From: Schmidtea polychroa
Taxonomy: Eukaryota
DNA: 64,000 nt
NCBI GenBank assembly: GCA_044892525.1
Contig: CM097886.1
Span: 103,354,001 to 103,418,000 of the forward strand
Direction: 5' to 3'
Made by a program: the position numbers and the translations under genes. This document shows positions 22,801 through 36,666 of the stretch, piece by piece. How positions within the stretch are numbered: position 1 is the first letter of the stretch; every line of letters starts with the position of its first letter. The notes beneath the pieces are model-generated. The model was not told where the DNA came from and ran no database searches. It was given only the letters and a program-made list of their open reading frames with translations.

Positions 22801-25800
22801 AAACTTTTCAGCTTTGTGAACCGGTGACCATTCCAATCGCCCAGATTTCAGTTCAATCGCATATTCCTCCATCGAAGACACATCACGGACACTAGATGCC
22901 AATTTCTCCTGGAATTGGAAATAAATTCCATTAACAATTTGAAACGAATAGAAATATATATATAATCTATGTCATTTTCATAAAAACAAAACACACTTGA
23001 AGATAAGCTAAATCATCTGTCAGTTCTGGATCATGACTATAATCCTTTTGTTGAAGTAATTCTAGTTGTTTCATGACTTTGCACTGTACCATGTCAAGAG
23101 CAATTTCACGAACTTGTGTTTGATTGGACAGTTTTTCCAACAAATACTACAAGATTAATATTAATTAATCATCGACTGATGACAAAATGTTATTCTACTC
23201 GAAACAAAGCCAGAGAAACACGAATGATCTTCTCGCGTTCAGTCTGGCGGATGATGTCGGAAACGACTGATATTAACTGTGGAGTTCTAAACAGATAACA
23301 ATGTTGCAAAAGGTTCAACCCAACACAATTACTTGATCATCTGCGGAATGGAATCGACATCAAAGCTCAGACACCAGAGACAAAAAATAAGTTGATATTG
23401 AATTTGAGTATTCAACTTTCCGTTTAGAGAATTGATAATTCTTTTATTAAAAATTATTGAAGATAGAGAAATTTGGTTTAAAAAATTACGTTTCTATGCC
23501 GTTACATTCGATGAAAACCTTACGATACTGACGAATTCTTAGCATCATTTGCAAATTACGAGCAACGGTTTGTATATATTCATTATCCTTATTATTAAAT
23601 ATCAACTTTAATATTGAGGTAATTAGTTAATAGTTTTACAGGTATAGAAAATTGTTCTTGTATCCACCGAAGAAAATACTGGAGATCTCTGGTTTCCATT
23701 AACTGACTAGACCAGCAATCGATTTTCGCAATAATTCTCGATGCTTGGTAAACAATGAATTTATTTTCCCGGCGTAGAAAACAAAAGAAAACATCCATCA
23801 TGTTTTCCTTTACTTTTAGGAAATATTCTCTGAATATTTCGACTTTTTGCTTATCTTCCTGTTAAAATTTGGAAATTAATTTTTACACATTTATTGTACA
23901 ATAATTATACTGATAAATTATATCGAAAAATCCATCATACAAAACTTTTAAATATTTAATGCGAATTATTCAAATAATGAAAATTTAATAAAATAGAAGG
24001 TCGTTATATTCTGATCGTTCAAATTCAAAAAAATGTCATGATGAAAACACAAGATTTTAAGAAATCGTCGTCTCTATGCCGATAAGGTCCGTAGCCAGTG
24101 TGGGGTTAAGCCCGTTCGTGAAAAATCCTATGGGTCTCGGGATAGAAAATATACTTAATTAAAATAAATATTGACAAGTGCGTGATGTCTGATGAAGCAC
24201 ATTTGACTTTGACTATATTTTCATACCACAGTAAGCATATAAAATCATCTCTATCATACAGTAATTCCTGGCTAAAGGTGTGACGCCAACTATGGTTTTA
24301 TTATGTTTTGACAATGTTTAGATATCCAATACTGATATTAATCAAAGTTTTAAACCTTTATCTATCCTAGAATAAAGATCTAACTATAAAACCTTCCAAA
24401 TTTTACTTAAAATGATTGTATCATTTCTAATTTTCCAATGTGCCTTTTTTTTGATAAATGAGAATCCTTCCAGTATTGAAGTATACAATCAATCTTCCAA
24501 GACATGTTCAACTTTATATATGGAACAATAAATTTTTCAGAAAACTGAAATAAGCATTGGTATAAAATATATTGCAGTTTAAAGAGAATCAGTAAAAATC
24601 TTGAATCTGGTTCACTCTTGATCAAATATGCAATATTCAATTTTCAACAACGTCCTTATTAAATATCAGAAATTAAAATAGTGAATACACTTGATACCTT
24701 GTATAATTATTTCCTTTGTGAATCAGTTTTTAAATTTCGCTGTTTGATTGATGAAGTTTTTAGCTTTGTTGAAGGGATTTAGAAAACTTAAATCAGAGTT
24801 TTAATAAAATGAATTAATCTAAATCCAAATCCGTATCATTTTATTTTGCCTTATCCTTGTCAAAACCATATTCAGTTTACATACAAATGTTTTTAGTGAA
24901 AGTCGACTAAATATTATAACTTATTGGATATCATTCAGGGTTGCCAGATTTTGAAAACATCATGTCGGGAGTAACGAAAAAAAAATGAAGGATGAAGGAT
25001 GGCTGACTAATAATGAACACTACATTTATTATATAGCATTTTACAAATCGGGAGTTTTTGGCATGTATATCGGGAGTCGGGAAATATACTTTCATAACGG
25101 GAGACTCCCGACGAAATCGGGAGGTCTGGCAACCCTGGTATCATTAAAAGATGAAATTTAGATAATAAAACCCATTCCAATGATCCGCTTGGCAACACAA
25201 ATGCATTATCGACACTTCTTTCGATTTTCAGCTCTAATTTCTTTTCAATTGATATTATATTTACTAAAAAATTGACCATGATATCGAAGTTTTTTATATC
25301 TTTACTGATTCATAGTGAATTTTTTAATAAATATAATATTTACCAATGAACTACAGGAATAAATAAGAATTATTATGTTTCTGAAATCAAAAATGATGAG
25401 ATCTGCACAAGTCCAATTTCAATAAATAGAGTTCTTTACTAACAATATAGTCATGATAAGTAGGAATTATTAGTAGTTATAATCAAATCAATATGGCACT
25501 TTAACCCTCCGGAATCCCGGATAAATATTGGCAGAAGTATCATACAAAAGGGAAATACCATATTTCCTCATGGTATACATTTTACAAACTGTTATAACAG
25601 CGATTTACACACAACCTATGGATAAATCAAAGTTTCAATCATCCCTTTGTACTTGAAAAAAAAGCATTCTTTAGAGTTTCGGAAATAGCAAATCATTACA
25701 ACTAAAAATTGAATACAAAATATCCTATTATTAGTTTTAATTCCAAAGAAGCATATTTACTTGCTTGATGGTTTGTTTATCTCAAAAATATGTACATATT

Positions 25801-26465
25801 TGTTTTCTTTTTTTACTATTGCATTTTAGGCTTATTTACATTCTTAGAAATTGATTTATTTTAGCTTCGAAAATTAGTTATATAAAATTAACAAAATAAA
25901 AATTACAAATATCTTCTAATAATTTGCTGAAACTAAATTCCCTATCTTATTAATTTATCAAAGTTAAAAATTTAAATTTTAACTTTAAATGAAATATATA
26001 ATTTACTTGCAACATGTCATCGATCATTGTTAATAAATACTGAGTCGTTGTTTCCAACGAAATTGTATTGAGAAGAAAAATAAAATGTTTCGCCGCCTTA
26101 AATGTTACTAATAAATAAATAAAAAATAATTAATAACGTTATGTGGATTTTTTCTAATTAAATCATTTCTTGCTTCAGGTGATGGAGCTCTGTCATATTC
26201 CATGATGAAAGTATAACTATCACGAGTTATAATTTGTCCTCTATAAAATAAATGAATAGTAAAAGAACTAAGGAAATAAAAAAATACTGTAAATATGATG
26301 CCCAATTGACTTTTGTTGATCTTATTTCAGCCGCTTGAGCTTGTAAAAAACCAATAGCAGGCCCTGTTCCTTTAAAAAAATATTATTTCAGATTAAAATT
26401 TAAATATTGTTCTAACGCGATGATTCAATATCGTCGATAGAAGATACCAATTTACAATATTCCAT
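19804..26465 (-). CDS. ATP6V1H: V-type proton ATPase subunit H
   Basis: Exons include [15 protein letters not shown]|[16 protein letters not shown] (about 25995-26465), [30 protein letters not shown] (23199-23286), 22997-23146, [23 protein letters not shown] (22751-22908), [16 protein letters not shown] (22601-22702) and [12 protein letters not shown]...[10 protein letters not shown] (19804-19981). The junctions checked are GT-AG and in frame. Confidence 0.96.
20961..21760. repeat. Tandem array with higher-order structure (73-bp A and 115-bp B units, order A-B-B-A-B-B-A)
   Basis: GG(A/G)GTGACAC anchors at 21011, 21084, 21199, 21314, 21387, 21502 and 21617; many CTTGACCTAC subrepeats. Confidence 0.92.
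22160..22385. mobile_element. piggyBac-type MITE
   Basis: TTAA|CCACTTGCCGGGCG ... CGCCCGGAAAGTGG|TTAA. Confidence 0.9.
24936..25137. mobile_element. hAT-type MITE
   Basis: TIR CAGGGTTGCCAGA / TCTGGCAACCCTG; 8-bp TSD ATATCATT / GTATCATT; ATCGGGAG subterminal repeats. Confidence 0.92.
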
Positions 26466-27445
26466 TATTTAAAATATTTTATTTATTTCAATAAGATAAT
26501 AATATGATTTACTTTAAACAAACAATTAAAAGTATTTGTAATTACTTAAGTGAAAAAGTGAAAATTACATTAACTTATTTTATAATTGATTGTATTATTT
26601 TTATTTGTATTGCCTATTCGTTTGTTAATTTCCCTCTTTTGAATAATATTAATAATAAAAACATGCCTATAGTAAAAATAATTAAATATTAAAATAATTA
26701 AAAACATCAAGAATAAAAATTTTCTATAGGAATCAATAATACAAATTAAATATTTTTAAAAAATCAAGTGACAAAAAAAATATGATAGAGATCATTTGAG
26801 CTATTCTAACAACCTTTACAAGGCTTAGTCATCTCTCGAAATAAGAAACCACGCAAAAATTCTACTGTCTCTCTAAATCAGGAGTCGGGAAAAAGTGTCT
26901 TTTAACTCGAAAAATATGGCTTTCATAAATATTTTAAAATCATAACTCTGGATTTACATGTAGAGTACGAAAACGAGAAAGAATATTTTTTTGATATTGT
27001 TGGGCTACAGTTGAAAACTTGAGAACGTTTAAATACATAGGAAATACATAACAAAAAAACCTCATCAAGTCTAATTAAAATCTATGATTATACATTAGAA
27101 AATACAAAGTAAAGCACACAACACATTGAGAATAAATAAACACGTATAATAAAAGACGCAAGAAGTTAGAATTAACAACATAGTTAACGGTGAAACAACG
27201 CAATATAAAATCTGTCAACTCGATAAGTAAAGAATAATAAGTAAAAAATATTATTGGTCGTACTTACATACAAAGGACTTATGGGGAAAAATTCAGATTT
27301 TAAGAAAAAGAATAAGAAAAAATTATTTAAAAAATTTAATGATAATTATCAAAATATTTCCCATGAAAATGGTGCAGGAAATAACGAAATAAAAAGAAAA
27401 TAAAATTAATAAATAATTCGATTGTTTAAACCAATCAATTAAATA

Positions 27446-27985
27446 TAGTAAACCCTCCAACTGCGCGGTAGATACGTTCCACAAAAACAACGCGCAAACC
27501 GAAACCGCGCACTGTGAACCCGATTTTATATGTAATTATGGGGTTAGGTTCCAGATATTACAAAAATATTAATAAATATAATAAAAAGTCTTTATTCAAC
27601 GACTAATATACATATTTACATTTATATAAACATAAAAACTAATAAAAACAGTCTCAATTCATTGCTTTTACATAATTAATATTACTATTATAAAAATTAA
27701 TAAAAATTTAACATAAATAAAAATTATAAAAAACAATACAAGAACTAAAAAACAGTCTCAATTCAACGACTAAACATAAATAAAAATTAACATAAGTAAC
27801 GTTAACGGGATTCACCATAAAAAATTAAATTGACATGATTTTTCTTGTTAAAATAGACAAAAACAAAAATAAAACCGCGCAGCTACGAAATTTTTAGCGC
27901 GCAGATCGAAATTTTGGTATTAAAGGTTTGGCCGCGCAATTGCGAAACCGCGCAATGAAAAACCGCGCAGTTGGAGGGTTTACTG
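27446..27985. mobile_element. Tc1/mariner (pogo/Tigger-like) MITE
   Basis: TA|(T/C)AGTAAACCCTCCAACTGCGCGG ... CCGCGCAGTTGGAGGGTTTACTG|TA; AACCGCGC subrepeats. Confidence 0.9.
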
Positions 27986-30900
27986 TACCTACAATTTTCA
28001 TTCAACTTAAATAGCTACGCACACGTTGATTTCAAACTGGTAGAGAGTGTGTTGGTGGACAACACAAATCGGTATAAATACCAACCAAAATTTCGGTATT
28101 TCTACTTGTTACAATTTTTCAATTTGTTAAATTTTATACTCTCAGTTTTTCGGATCTATGAAATTTATGCTGGTTGGATGGTAATTTTATTTTTTATCTA
28201 GGTGTAATTTCTAATGTATTTTTATGTACTAATTAATATGTTAATAAATTTTCACTTTTTATTCATTATATTTTTCATTATTACTTTTCTATGATCTTTA
28301 TGAGACGATCCAAATATGAAGTGATATTAGAAGAGTGATGCCCTGTGTTGTGATGGTGAGAAGATTTGGGAAGGTCTGTTCATTCCACAGCATAGGACAA
28401 CATTCATTTTATTCCAGATCAATCACAGAAGTGTCTGAATTTATGATGAGAATCCATGTAGGATCAAAATCTGGCATCCTAACCGAATAGTTAGCAAAGA
28501 TTCTGTCTCAGGAAGTTAGACATCAGAATTTTACACTCAGTAACTGATCACATTTTTTCTCACGAATATACTAGAAAAGAAAATTACACAAATTGAACAC
28601 TAACAATCAGTGCCGGATTTACTAAAATGTAGACTAGGCATTTTAAGGGTCCCAAAAAAGAGAAAATATGATTCCATATTTTTCGATTATTAAAATACAT
28701 TGCTTGTAATTATTACATTGTAATTAAAATATTTTAATTGAAGTCAGTAAACCAGATTTATTTCATTATTTAATTTTTTCAAATTTTTGTCAAATTTGTA
28801 TAATAATTGACCAAATCTTCAAATCGGCAAATATCCTAACCTTTTATTAAATGTGATATTGAAGCTCACTCTTTCAAACACTTAATATATATAAGTATAA
28901 ACTCATTGTTAAGGCAGCACTATTTAAAGCAGGTTATTTTCGATTGATTTTGAATATCAAAGTTTTTAAAACATTAGTTAAAGGTTTATTAACATTTAGT
29001 ATGATATGTGTTCTTGTTCCTTTTCAAAATTTCTTATTACTCACTCACTATAAATGGATTGATGGATTTGAAAAATTCTTCACCTTTGCTAAAAAGCCAC
29101 AAAATTCCGCAGAACATCGAGTAGCCCTATTGCTCTGCATTATCACTAACTAGTTCTGCTTGTCAACCTAATTGTCAAGTAGTTGATGCAAAATTACTAG
29201 TAAGAAAAGTACGAGTTGAAACATCGGCAATAGCAGGTTATCAGTTGGGTCTTATTTCTAAGTATGCAATCTGTTAGATGATGAGGGTAGGCTCATCACT
29301 ACATTTACCCTAGATAAGTATTACAGAACGGGGCCAAACAAATATTGAGTTAATGTGTTCGCTGAGGAACGGAAATAGGCAAAGCTCCAATGCTTCAACA
29401 TACCCGTCAATCCAATTCCCCAACAGTACAATCCAATCCAATACAACCCGAAAAAACAATAATTATTCTTATCCTTTGTGATCCTATTAACAATGTATAT
29501 ATTTTATGTTTGACAATCATTATTTTATTGATTTTATTCATTTATTGTATATGTATGGATTCTTACATTTATTGACTACAATTGGTTTATGTGTTAATTA
29601 TTTTATATTGTGAATATGTTAATAAATTTTATCAACAAACTTAACATTATAATAAAAAGAAGGGGATTGAATAAAATTATTATATTATAAAACATTAATT
29701 ATTATTATAAAACTATTAATTATTATTTAAAGTACAATGTAGATTATACAAAAATATATTTAATTATGTTTTATCAGTATTAGAAAATTATATATTCCGT
29801 GCGTACAAGCCGGAAATTAATATATTTTAAAATTAATAGATAAAATAGATAATAACATCTGCTATAAGAATAGCAGGAGATAATAATTATAATAATTAAA
29901 AATGAATATAATATTCCGTGCGTATATGCCGGAAATTAAAATATTTTATTTTAACAGTATTAAAAAATAGTATATATACCGCATCAAAATTCAGTAAATT
30001 TGCCCAAATTTTCTTAGGTTTTCCTGAATCTTAAAGAGGCAATCTCTACGAGATTTAAAAATAAGACAGCACAGAACGTCTAACATAAACATAACACGCA
30101 CGATACACATTATAACTATACATAACAGGCATCGTTGAATAGCGAATTATTGAGAAAGATCAAAGGATAAACTCTTGTAATTAAAAGGTTAATTTTATTT
30201 GTTAATAAATTTTGTTCAAACACTTTGTTTTTATTCAAATAACTATATAAGAACCAGCAAGTTGGGGTTTTAACAAAAGTGAGACCTCAACAAATCTATC
30301 AACTGAAAACCAAAGAAATTATTTCATTTGCAATACTCAAAGGTGCTTCTTCCTTCTATAAGGAACAAATATTTGGAGATAGAAGAATGCCAAACTTTAT
30401 TCTGATGACATTTCAATCTGAAACTTAATATTATATATAATTAATATTTTCAAAATGTTTCAAGTTACTTCTATATCATTGTTGAAAAATAATGATTATA
30501 GAGAAACTTACTGTAGTGAATTTACAGGCGTTCAGGATTTTTGAGGAAGAGAACGTTTGTTTGGGTTGTGGTGAGGACAGTTTGGGAAAGGCATTTTTTG
30601 TTGTTTTTTTTATTACTTTCAAAAAAAACATTTATGTTACAAAAAAGGAAAACAACTTGTTTAAATATTCGACAATTGTATTAGAGATTTTTGAATTCGA
30701 GAATTATTAAGATAATTTGTATATTGACATTTATTTTTAAAAATACAAAATATTTCCAACTAATTTCATATGAATATCTAATAATTATTATTGAAGAATT
30801 TTGAATGCTTAAGGTAGCTTTAATTCAAAATGTCGTTTCTTCTCTAAAAACAGGTAATCTGTCTAAAGTTGAATTGAATTGAATTAGTTTCACAAAGAGG

Positions 30901-31182
30901 AGTTATTTTAGTCTGCTTACCAGAATACTTCAACTGCCCATTTGGAAAGAAAGATCTTATGCAGAAAAGTGAAAATATTCACAATGTAGAAATTTATCAA
31001 ATGTAGTCTTAAGTGTCTAAAGAATGTGCCATTTGGATAGTTGGTGAATCCCTTCTCGAACTTAGGTCGAATAAAATTTACAATTCGTGAATGAATTTTA
31101 ATCCGAATGACCAGTTAATCGGGACCTTTTCAAAATTGCATTTATTTGATAGCACTAGACCAGTAGAAGGAAGTGTGATCTA

Positions 31183-31363
31183 TGACTCATCGTTAAACAA
31201 AGACACACCCTCCTCCTCCCCAGTATGACTCATCCATTTTAGAACTAAGACTGACTTATCCGGTGACTCATCTTTTTTAGAACAAAGACGATGACACATC
31301 CTTTTCTATGACTCATCGGGTGACGCATCACGTCCTCATTGGTATGACTCATCAGTGACTCAT
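31183..31363 (+). promoter_or_regulatory. Cluster of six TGACTCAT plus one TGACGCAT (AP-1/GCN4-type motif), probably TE subterminal repeats
   Basis: Motifs at 31183, 31226, 31264, 31309, 31321 (variant), 31345 and 31356. Confidence 0.55.
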
Positions 31364-31539
31364 TTCAAAATTTAAAATTTAAAGGTCATTATGGGTATCA
31401 TTCGAAAGGTACTTGGAAGATAGATATGATAATCATCCCCTCGAAGGTGTATGGTGTGTCCTTAACCTTAAAAGGGTCAAAAACCTTCGAATTTTTTCAA
31501 ACCTTATGTTGGGTTATTGAGTTAGTGACAAAATTAAAA

Positions 31540-33185
31540 TTCTTACTCTGACTCCAAGCGTGTCTTTGACTGTCTCACAAATAACAGTTAACACTAGAAA
31601 CTTTATTGAATATCACAAATATTTTCACAATGGTACAATTGCTCAACAAGCTAACTATCGATTATAATGTGCTTATTACAACACTATGGTGAGGAATAGC
31701 ACACTCGTATAACCTAGATTTGACAAATCTTTCACAACTGAGGAGTGTAATAATTGGTAATTTTAACTGGTAGTTTACTGATTTTGACTTGGCTTTACTC
31801 GCCTAACTTTACTCTATTATCAACGGAATAACTCTTGGTGCTTCTCCTTATTTCTGTTTTCTCTTTAGTTTCTCTGCTTCAGTTTTATTCAAATTTTCTT
31901 CTAAATTGTTCTCTCAATTGTTCCTCCAAACTGTTCGCTAATACAATTCTCCCACGTGTTCTCTTAATTTTTTAAATTGTCCTCTCAATAGTTCTGCCTG
32001 CTTTTGCTGCGCTACCTCTTTTTATACCTCGTCAATTTGTGGTACTTCAGTTTATCTTCAATTTACAATTTTTTTCTCCCACATGATTTCCTAATTTTCT
32101 CTCCTCAACGGAGTTATCTTTGACAGCTGCCAAAATATTTTCTAGATCTTCCTTTTTCGGCTCCGACTTGTTTTTGTTTTGTTTCTGTTATCTCTGAGAA
32201 GTTGTCGAGATAAGAATATTGTTGTTTTTCTATTTTCTATTTTGACAGGATGGATTTTCGCGAAATGTTATACACAGTTCTAATGAAGACCGAATGTTCT
32301 ACCGTATTCTACCTCAAAAAGGAGATGCAAGGTGATCGTCGCAAAAAACGACTTCAATGTTTATTCTACCGCAGTGGTGATTTCGCGATCGTTGATTTTT
32401 TCATTTCGTCGAGAAAAATTGATCGATCGGAACGGAGTAATTCAAGTGTGAAGAAGTGCTATGCAATGAAGACATAAAAGTTAAACAACGAATTAAATTT
32501 ACATTTTTTGTCCTGGTTCGATACTGACAAGTTACGGCAATATAGTGATATATAAATCGAGTACTGAAATGAACTGATATAATCGGTGCTGAAATAGTTC
32601 CCAAGTGATCAAACTGTTTAGAAATTTTAGAATTGAGGGAATCAGCCAAGTGCTTTCCTTATATAGTAATTTTCGTCGAATCAGGATCCAGCTATTGTGT
32701 GAAGTTGTATTTTTTCTTATTTTTATTCTTTAAAACTCTTTTTTTTAGGTTATTTATCTTTTTATTTGATAATTTATTAAATAATTTAAATTTTCTTATT
32801 TTTCTCTTGCTTTTGTTGGATCCTGATGGTCATTCTACTTGTAACTTGGGTTTTTATTTTTTCTTGGTTTTTATTTATTGTTTTTGTTGACTATTATTTG
32901 TTTCCTTATTAATATTTTATTTTCTGGTATTTATTTTTATTCTCTCTAATTATTTTCTCTTTGCTTGTCGGTTATGGTTATGTGTTTTTGTCTGTTTGCG
33001 ACTTATTTATTATTATTTTATTTTAGTACTTTTTGTTTTTTTTAATTTTTGTTTTATTCTATTATTTTTCTTTACATTTGGCTGACTACCCAAATTTATA
33101 TGTTAATACGGGGTTTTATTTAATTATTTTATAACATGTTCAATTTTTTAGAAAATTTAGGTTGTCACAGGTTCTAGCCCAGCAG
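31540..33185 (-). mobile_element. Decayed LTR-retrotransposon remnant
   Basis: PBS-like TGGCAGCTGTC at about 32122-32132 on the minus strand; 31650-31740 is homologous to about 46740-46820; 32650-32720 is homologous to about 1141-1205. Confidence 0.45.
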
Positions 33186-33415
33186 TTTTCTTTTAACATT
33201 AACAATTGTGAAAAATATATTAAATAATATTTTAAAGAAAAATTATAAAAATTAATAAGTAATTAGAAATACTTTCACTTACATCTATGAAAATTTATTA
33301 TCAGGTCATTATAAAATTTCAATTGTATTTAAAACCTTTTTTAAAATAAATATGATTGTTTTAATTTTGAAGAAATCTGTAAATTTAAATATAAAAATTT
33401 AATTATTTAATTTTA

Positions 33416-36400
33416 ATGTTTGGTAATTCATCTCAATTATTTGGAGCTAAACCAAACACATCCAATTTTGGTAGCTTTGGCAGTACATCAACTTCACAAT
33501 CTACTGGGTTATTTCAACAAAATAAGGCTTTTGGTGTTTCAACTTCAACTTCTCAAAGTGGGTTTTCTTTTGGTGGAACGACAGTTTCTTCTGGTATGAT
33601 AATTAAATTTATTATATTAACAATTAATTTGCTTAGTTTTTGGTACACCATCCAGTTCTGCAACATCTAGTTTTTCTTTCGGTAGTTCGATTAATAAAAC
33701 TGGATTTGGAGCCACATCAAATCAATCAAATTTAAGTGGTTTTAATGCAAATCCTGTGACAACGCCATTTGGTTCATCAAACAGCTCTGGTGGAATCTTT
33801 TATTCAAATATACAGACAAATCAAAATACAGGTTGTTTATTGATGTTAATAAAATATTATTAAAATATTTAAATTAGTCAATCAAAGCGAGTATGACTTA
33901 TTTGTTTCATCTATATCTCAACCATCTATTTGTGGAGATGATAGAGATGTGATAATATCTAGGTGGAATCAGCTGCAAGCGATGTGGGGATCAGGAATAG
34001 GATTGTCAATGAATGGAAAATCAGTGTATACACCAGAAAATTTTCTGTGTCGTTTTAAAGCTGTTTCTTTTAACAAAATTCCAAATTGCGAGGATTCAGA
34101 TGGCTTTGTGTCCTTGTTAATTAAAAAATCTTGCAAAGAAGTACTGTCTAACAAAGTACAAATACATGAAAAGCTTCACCAGTTATTGAATAATCAATTG
34201 TATTCAATTGTTATTGAAGACATTCATCCAGCTATAAAGGCATTTACCAATTCTTTATTACCAGCACAGCCGAAACCTTCATTTGGATTTTCGCAGCAAC
34301 CTCAACCCTCTCTCTCTCAACCAATAATGCCTGATAATTCTACAGAGTACACAGACGTGTTTATTAAAGTTAAAGAAACATTTAATGGTAAATCTTCGAT
34401 ATTTTTATTATAATATGTAAATTAATTAGTTTTTTTTTAAAGTTTACAATTGAATTTTCGTATTTAAACTATAAAAGAACACAAATTTAATGTAAATAGC
34501 ATACTTTTTACATAATACCAGATCTAATAATTCGAATCGATTTTAAAATTTTTATTCAAATTGTTACGGTAAATTTTATTATTCAACTCATTAGTTTTCA
34601 TTCGAATTTAGAGTTTAAATGATTACCAACATTATTATATTATTAAATCGAACTTACTATTTTCAAAGATTTTCTATTCTAATATGTACAATACAGTCGG
34701 AAAAAATTTTTTTATTAGTAGTAAATGAAAAATAAGAAGCGACAAAAATAGTGATTTTAATTCGATTGGAAAACCAGACATTTTCTGTAGTAGTTCTCTA
34801 CATTAATAAGTAAGTCGTGAGTTTAACAAGTTAACCATTTTAGTTCTTATTTATTAAACAAAATTTTATGCTGCCTGTACTTTTGAACATTTTAACTAAT
34901 TTCAATATCAGTATTCATATTTGTTTTGGACATATCTTGGTGAATTATTTAGGCAATTTAAAATCTCTTACTTAAAATCATTTTTATATCAAAAAATTAC
35001 ATTCCACACAATTCACTTTCGTATCATATTTTTTACTAAAGTATTTCTACTTTCATTACTTTCATTTTAAATTCTGTTCCAACACCATAACCTAATTAAC
35101 TGCAAATGTAATTTTGTGCATATTCGCTCTGATTTTACCATCATTCCACTGAATTCTTTTCAGAAATTTCCTAACGAATAAATTATTAACTTATCAAGGA
35201 GATTGATAAAATTTCATTATTAGTCATGTTTGATTGATTGAGATATTTTAAACAGGCATTTCCAGATTTTTACCAGCTTCTACAATCACTGCTCTATTTA
35301 GAACCGAACCTTTGAAATCAAAATTGGAATCTGAACTCTTTGTAATGGACGTTATTCCTCAAATATCTTTAAACCAAAAGGAAATAAGTGATTATTTAAA
35401 TGGGCCATCACCACGAGGAATAAATGTAGAAATATGGGATAGAGCTAAACAACAGTGTGCAAATTCAAGTTCTATACATATACCAGTACCTGTTGTAGGA
35501 ATGGCAGAATTAAAAGCTAGAATAAAAGGTCAAATCGATTTTGCACAGTCTCATTTGGCTACTATACGAGTTAATATTTTTAAATTGTTAAAAAATATGT
35601 AAAATAATTTTTATGAAGTCTAAAGCCGAAACTGTGTCGGAAATGAAAACAAAAGTCATTGCTATGTCTGGTAAAATAGATCAGTTGAAAAGAAAACAAA
35701 TTGAATTGAGCAATCGTATTTTGAAGGTATTAACAATTTTTCTAATATCTTTAACATAATTTCCATAATTTTAATACAGTATTTTGACAATTTATTTATT
35801 AATATTATTGAAGATAGATTTTTAAGGAAAATATAATTTTTTTTTGATTTAAATATATTGAATTGAAAAGAGAGCTTGAAGACTATAAATCAGTAATATA
35901 TCGATGTTTGTTGATACTCACGAATTTTCGGCACTGCCATTTTCAAGTGAATTTGATCATTATTACATTAAGTAATTATTGTTGGGGGATAATAAATTTA
36001 TTTCGTATATTATAATAAATTTATTGGTTTAATTATATTCTATTTATATTTTATTTTAATTACCCAAATAATATTTCCTATTTTTTAAATTTTAAATTCT
36101 ATAATTTAATTTAATTTTTTAATATTTTTTTTTATAAAAAAAACTTATATTTTATATATTTTTTTATAATTTTAAATTTTAAATATTAATTTAAGTATTA
36201 ATTTAGTTGAATGTTGATGGACGGTTTAAGTTTTTTGATGTAAAGAGTCTCCGCGGCTAATCTTTGCAATGCGTTTTTGAACGCATCTTGTAACATTTTG
36301 CATTTTGTTTCGTGTAAGAATGCAAATAAATATTTAATTAGATTTAAAATTTAAAATTAAAAATATAAAAAACGTTTTTTTATTAAAGAATTAAAAATTA

Positions 36401-36608
36401 ATTTAAATTACAGAATTTAATATTTTTAAAAAATAGGAAATATATTTTTTGGGTAATTAAAATAAAATATAAATAGAATATAATGACACCAATAAATTTA
36501 TTATAAAATACGAAATAAATTTATTATCCCCCAACAATAATTATTTAATGTAATAATGATCAAATTTACTTGAAAAAGGCAGTGGTGAAATTGGAAGAAA
36601 TAAAAGTT

Positions 36609-36666
<58 letters not shown>

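Noticed and set aside
24400-24660. Possible LINE RNase H relic (KIFTDSL)
   Set aside because: A single short motif among many stops
25007-25279. ORF containing LPSGSLEW, resembling the V-ATPase H motif KSGRLEW
   Set aside because: The true motif is in exon 22751-22908; this ORF overlaps a MITE and has no other similarity
28940-29160. Possible hAT fragment on the minus strand (GFLAKVKN)
   Set aside because: Too short and degenerate to support
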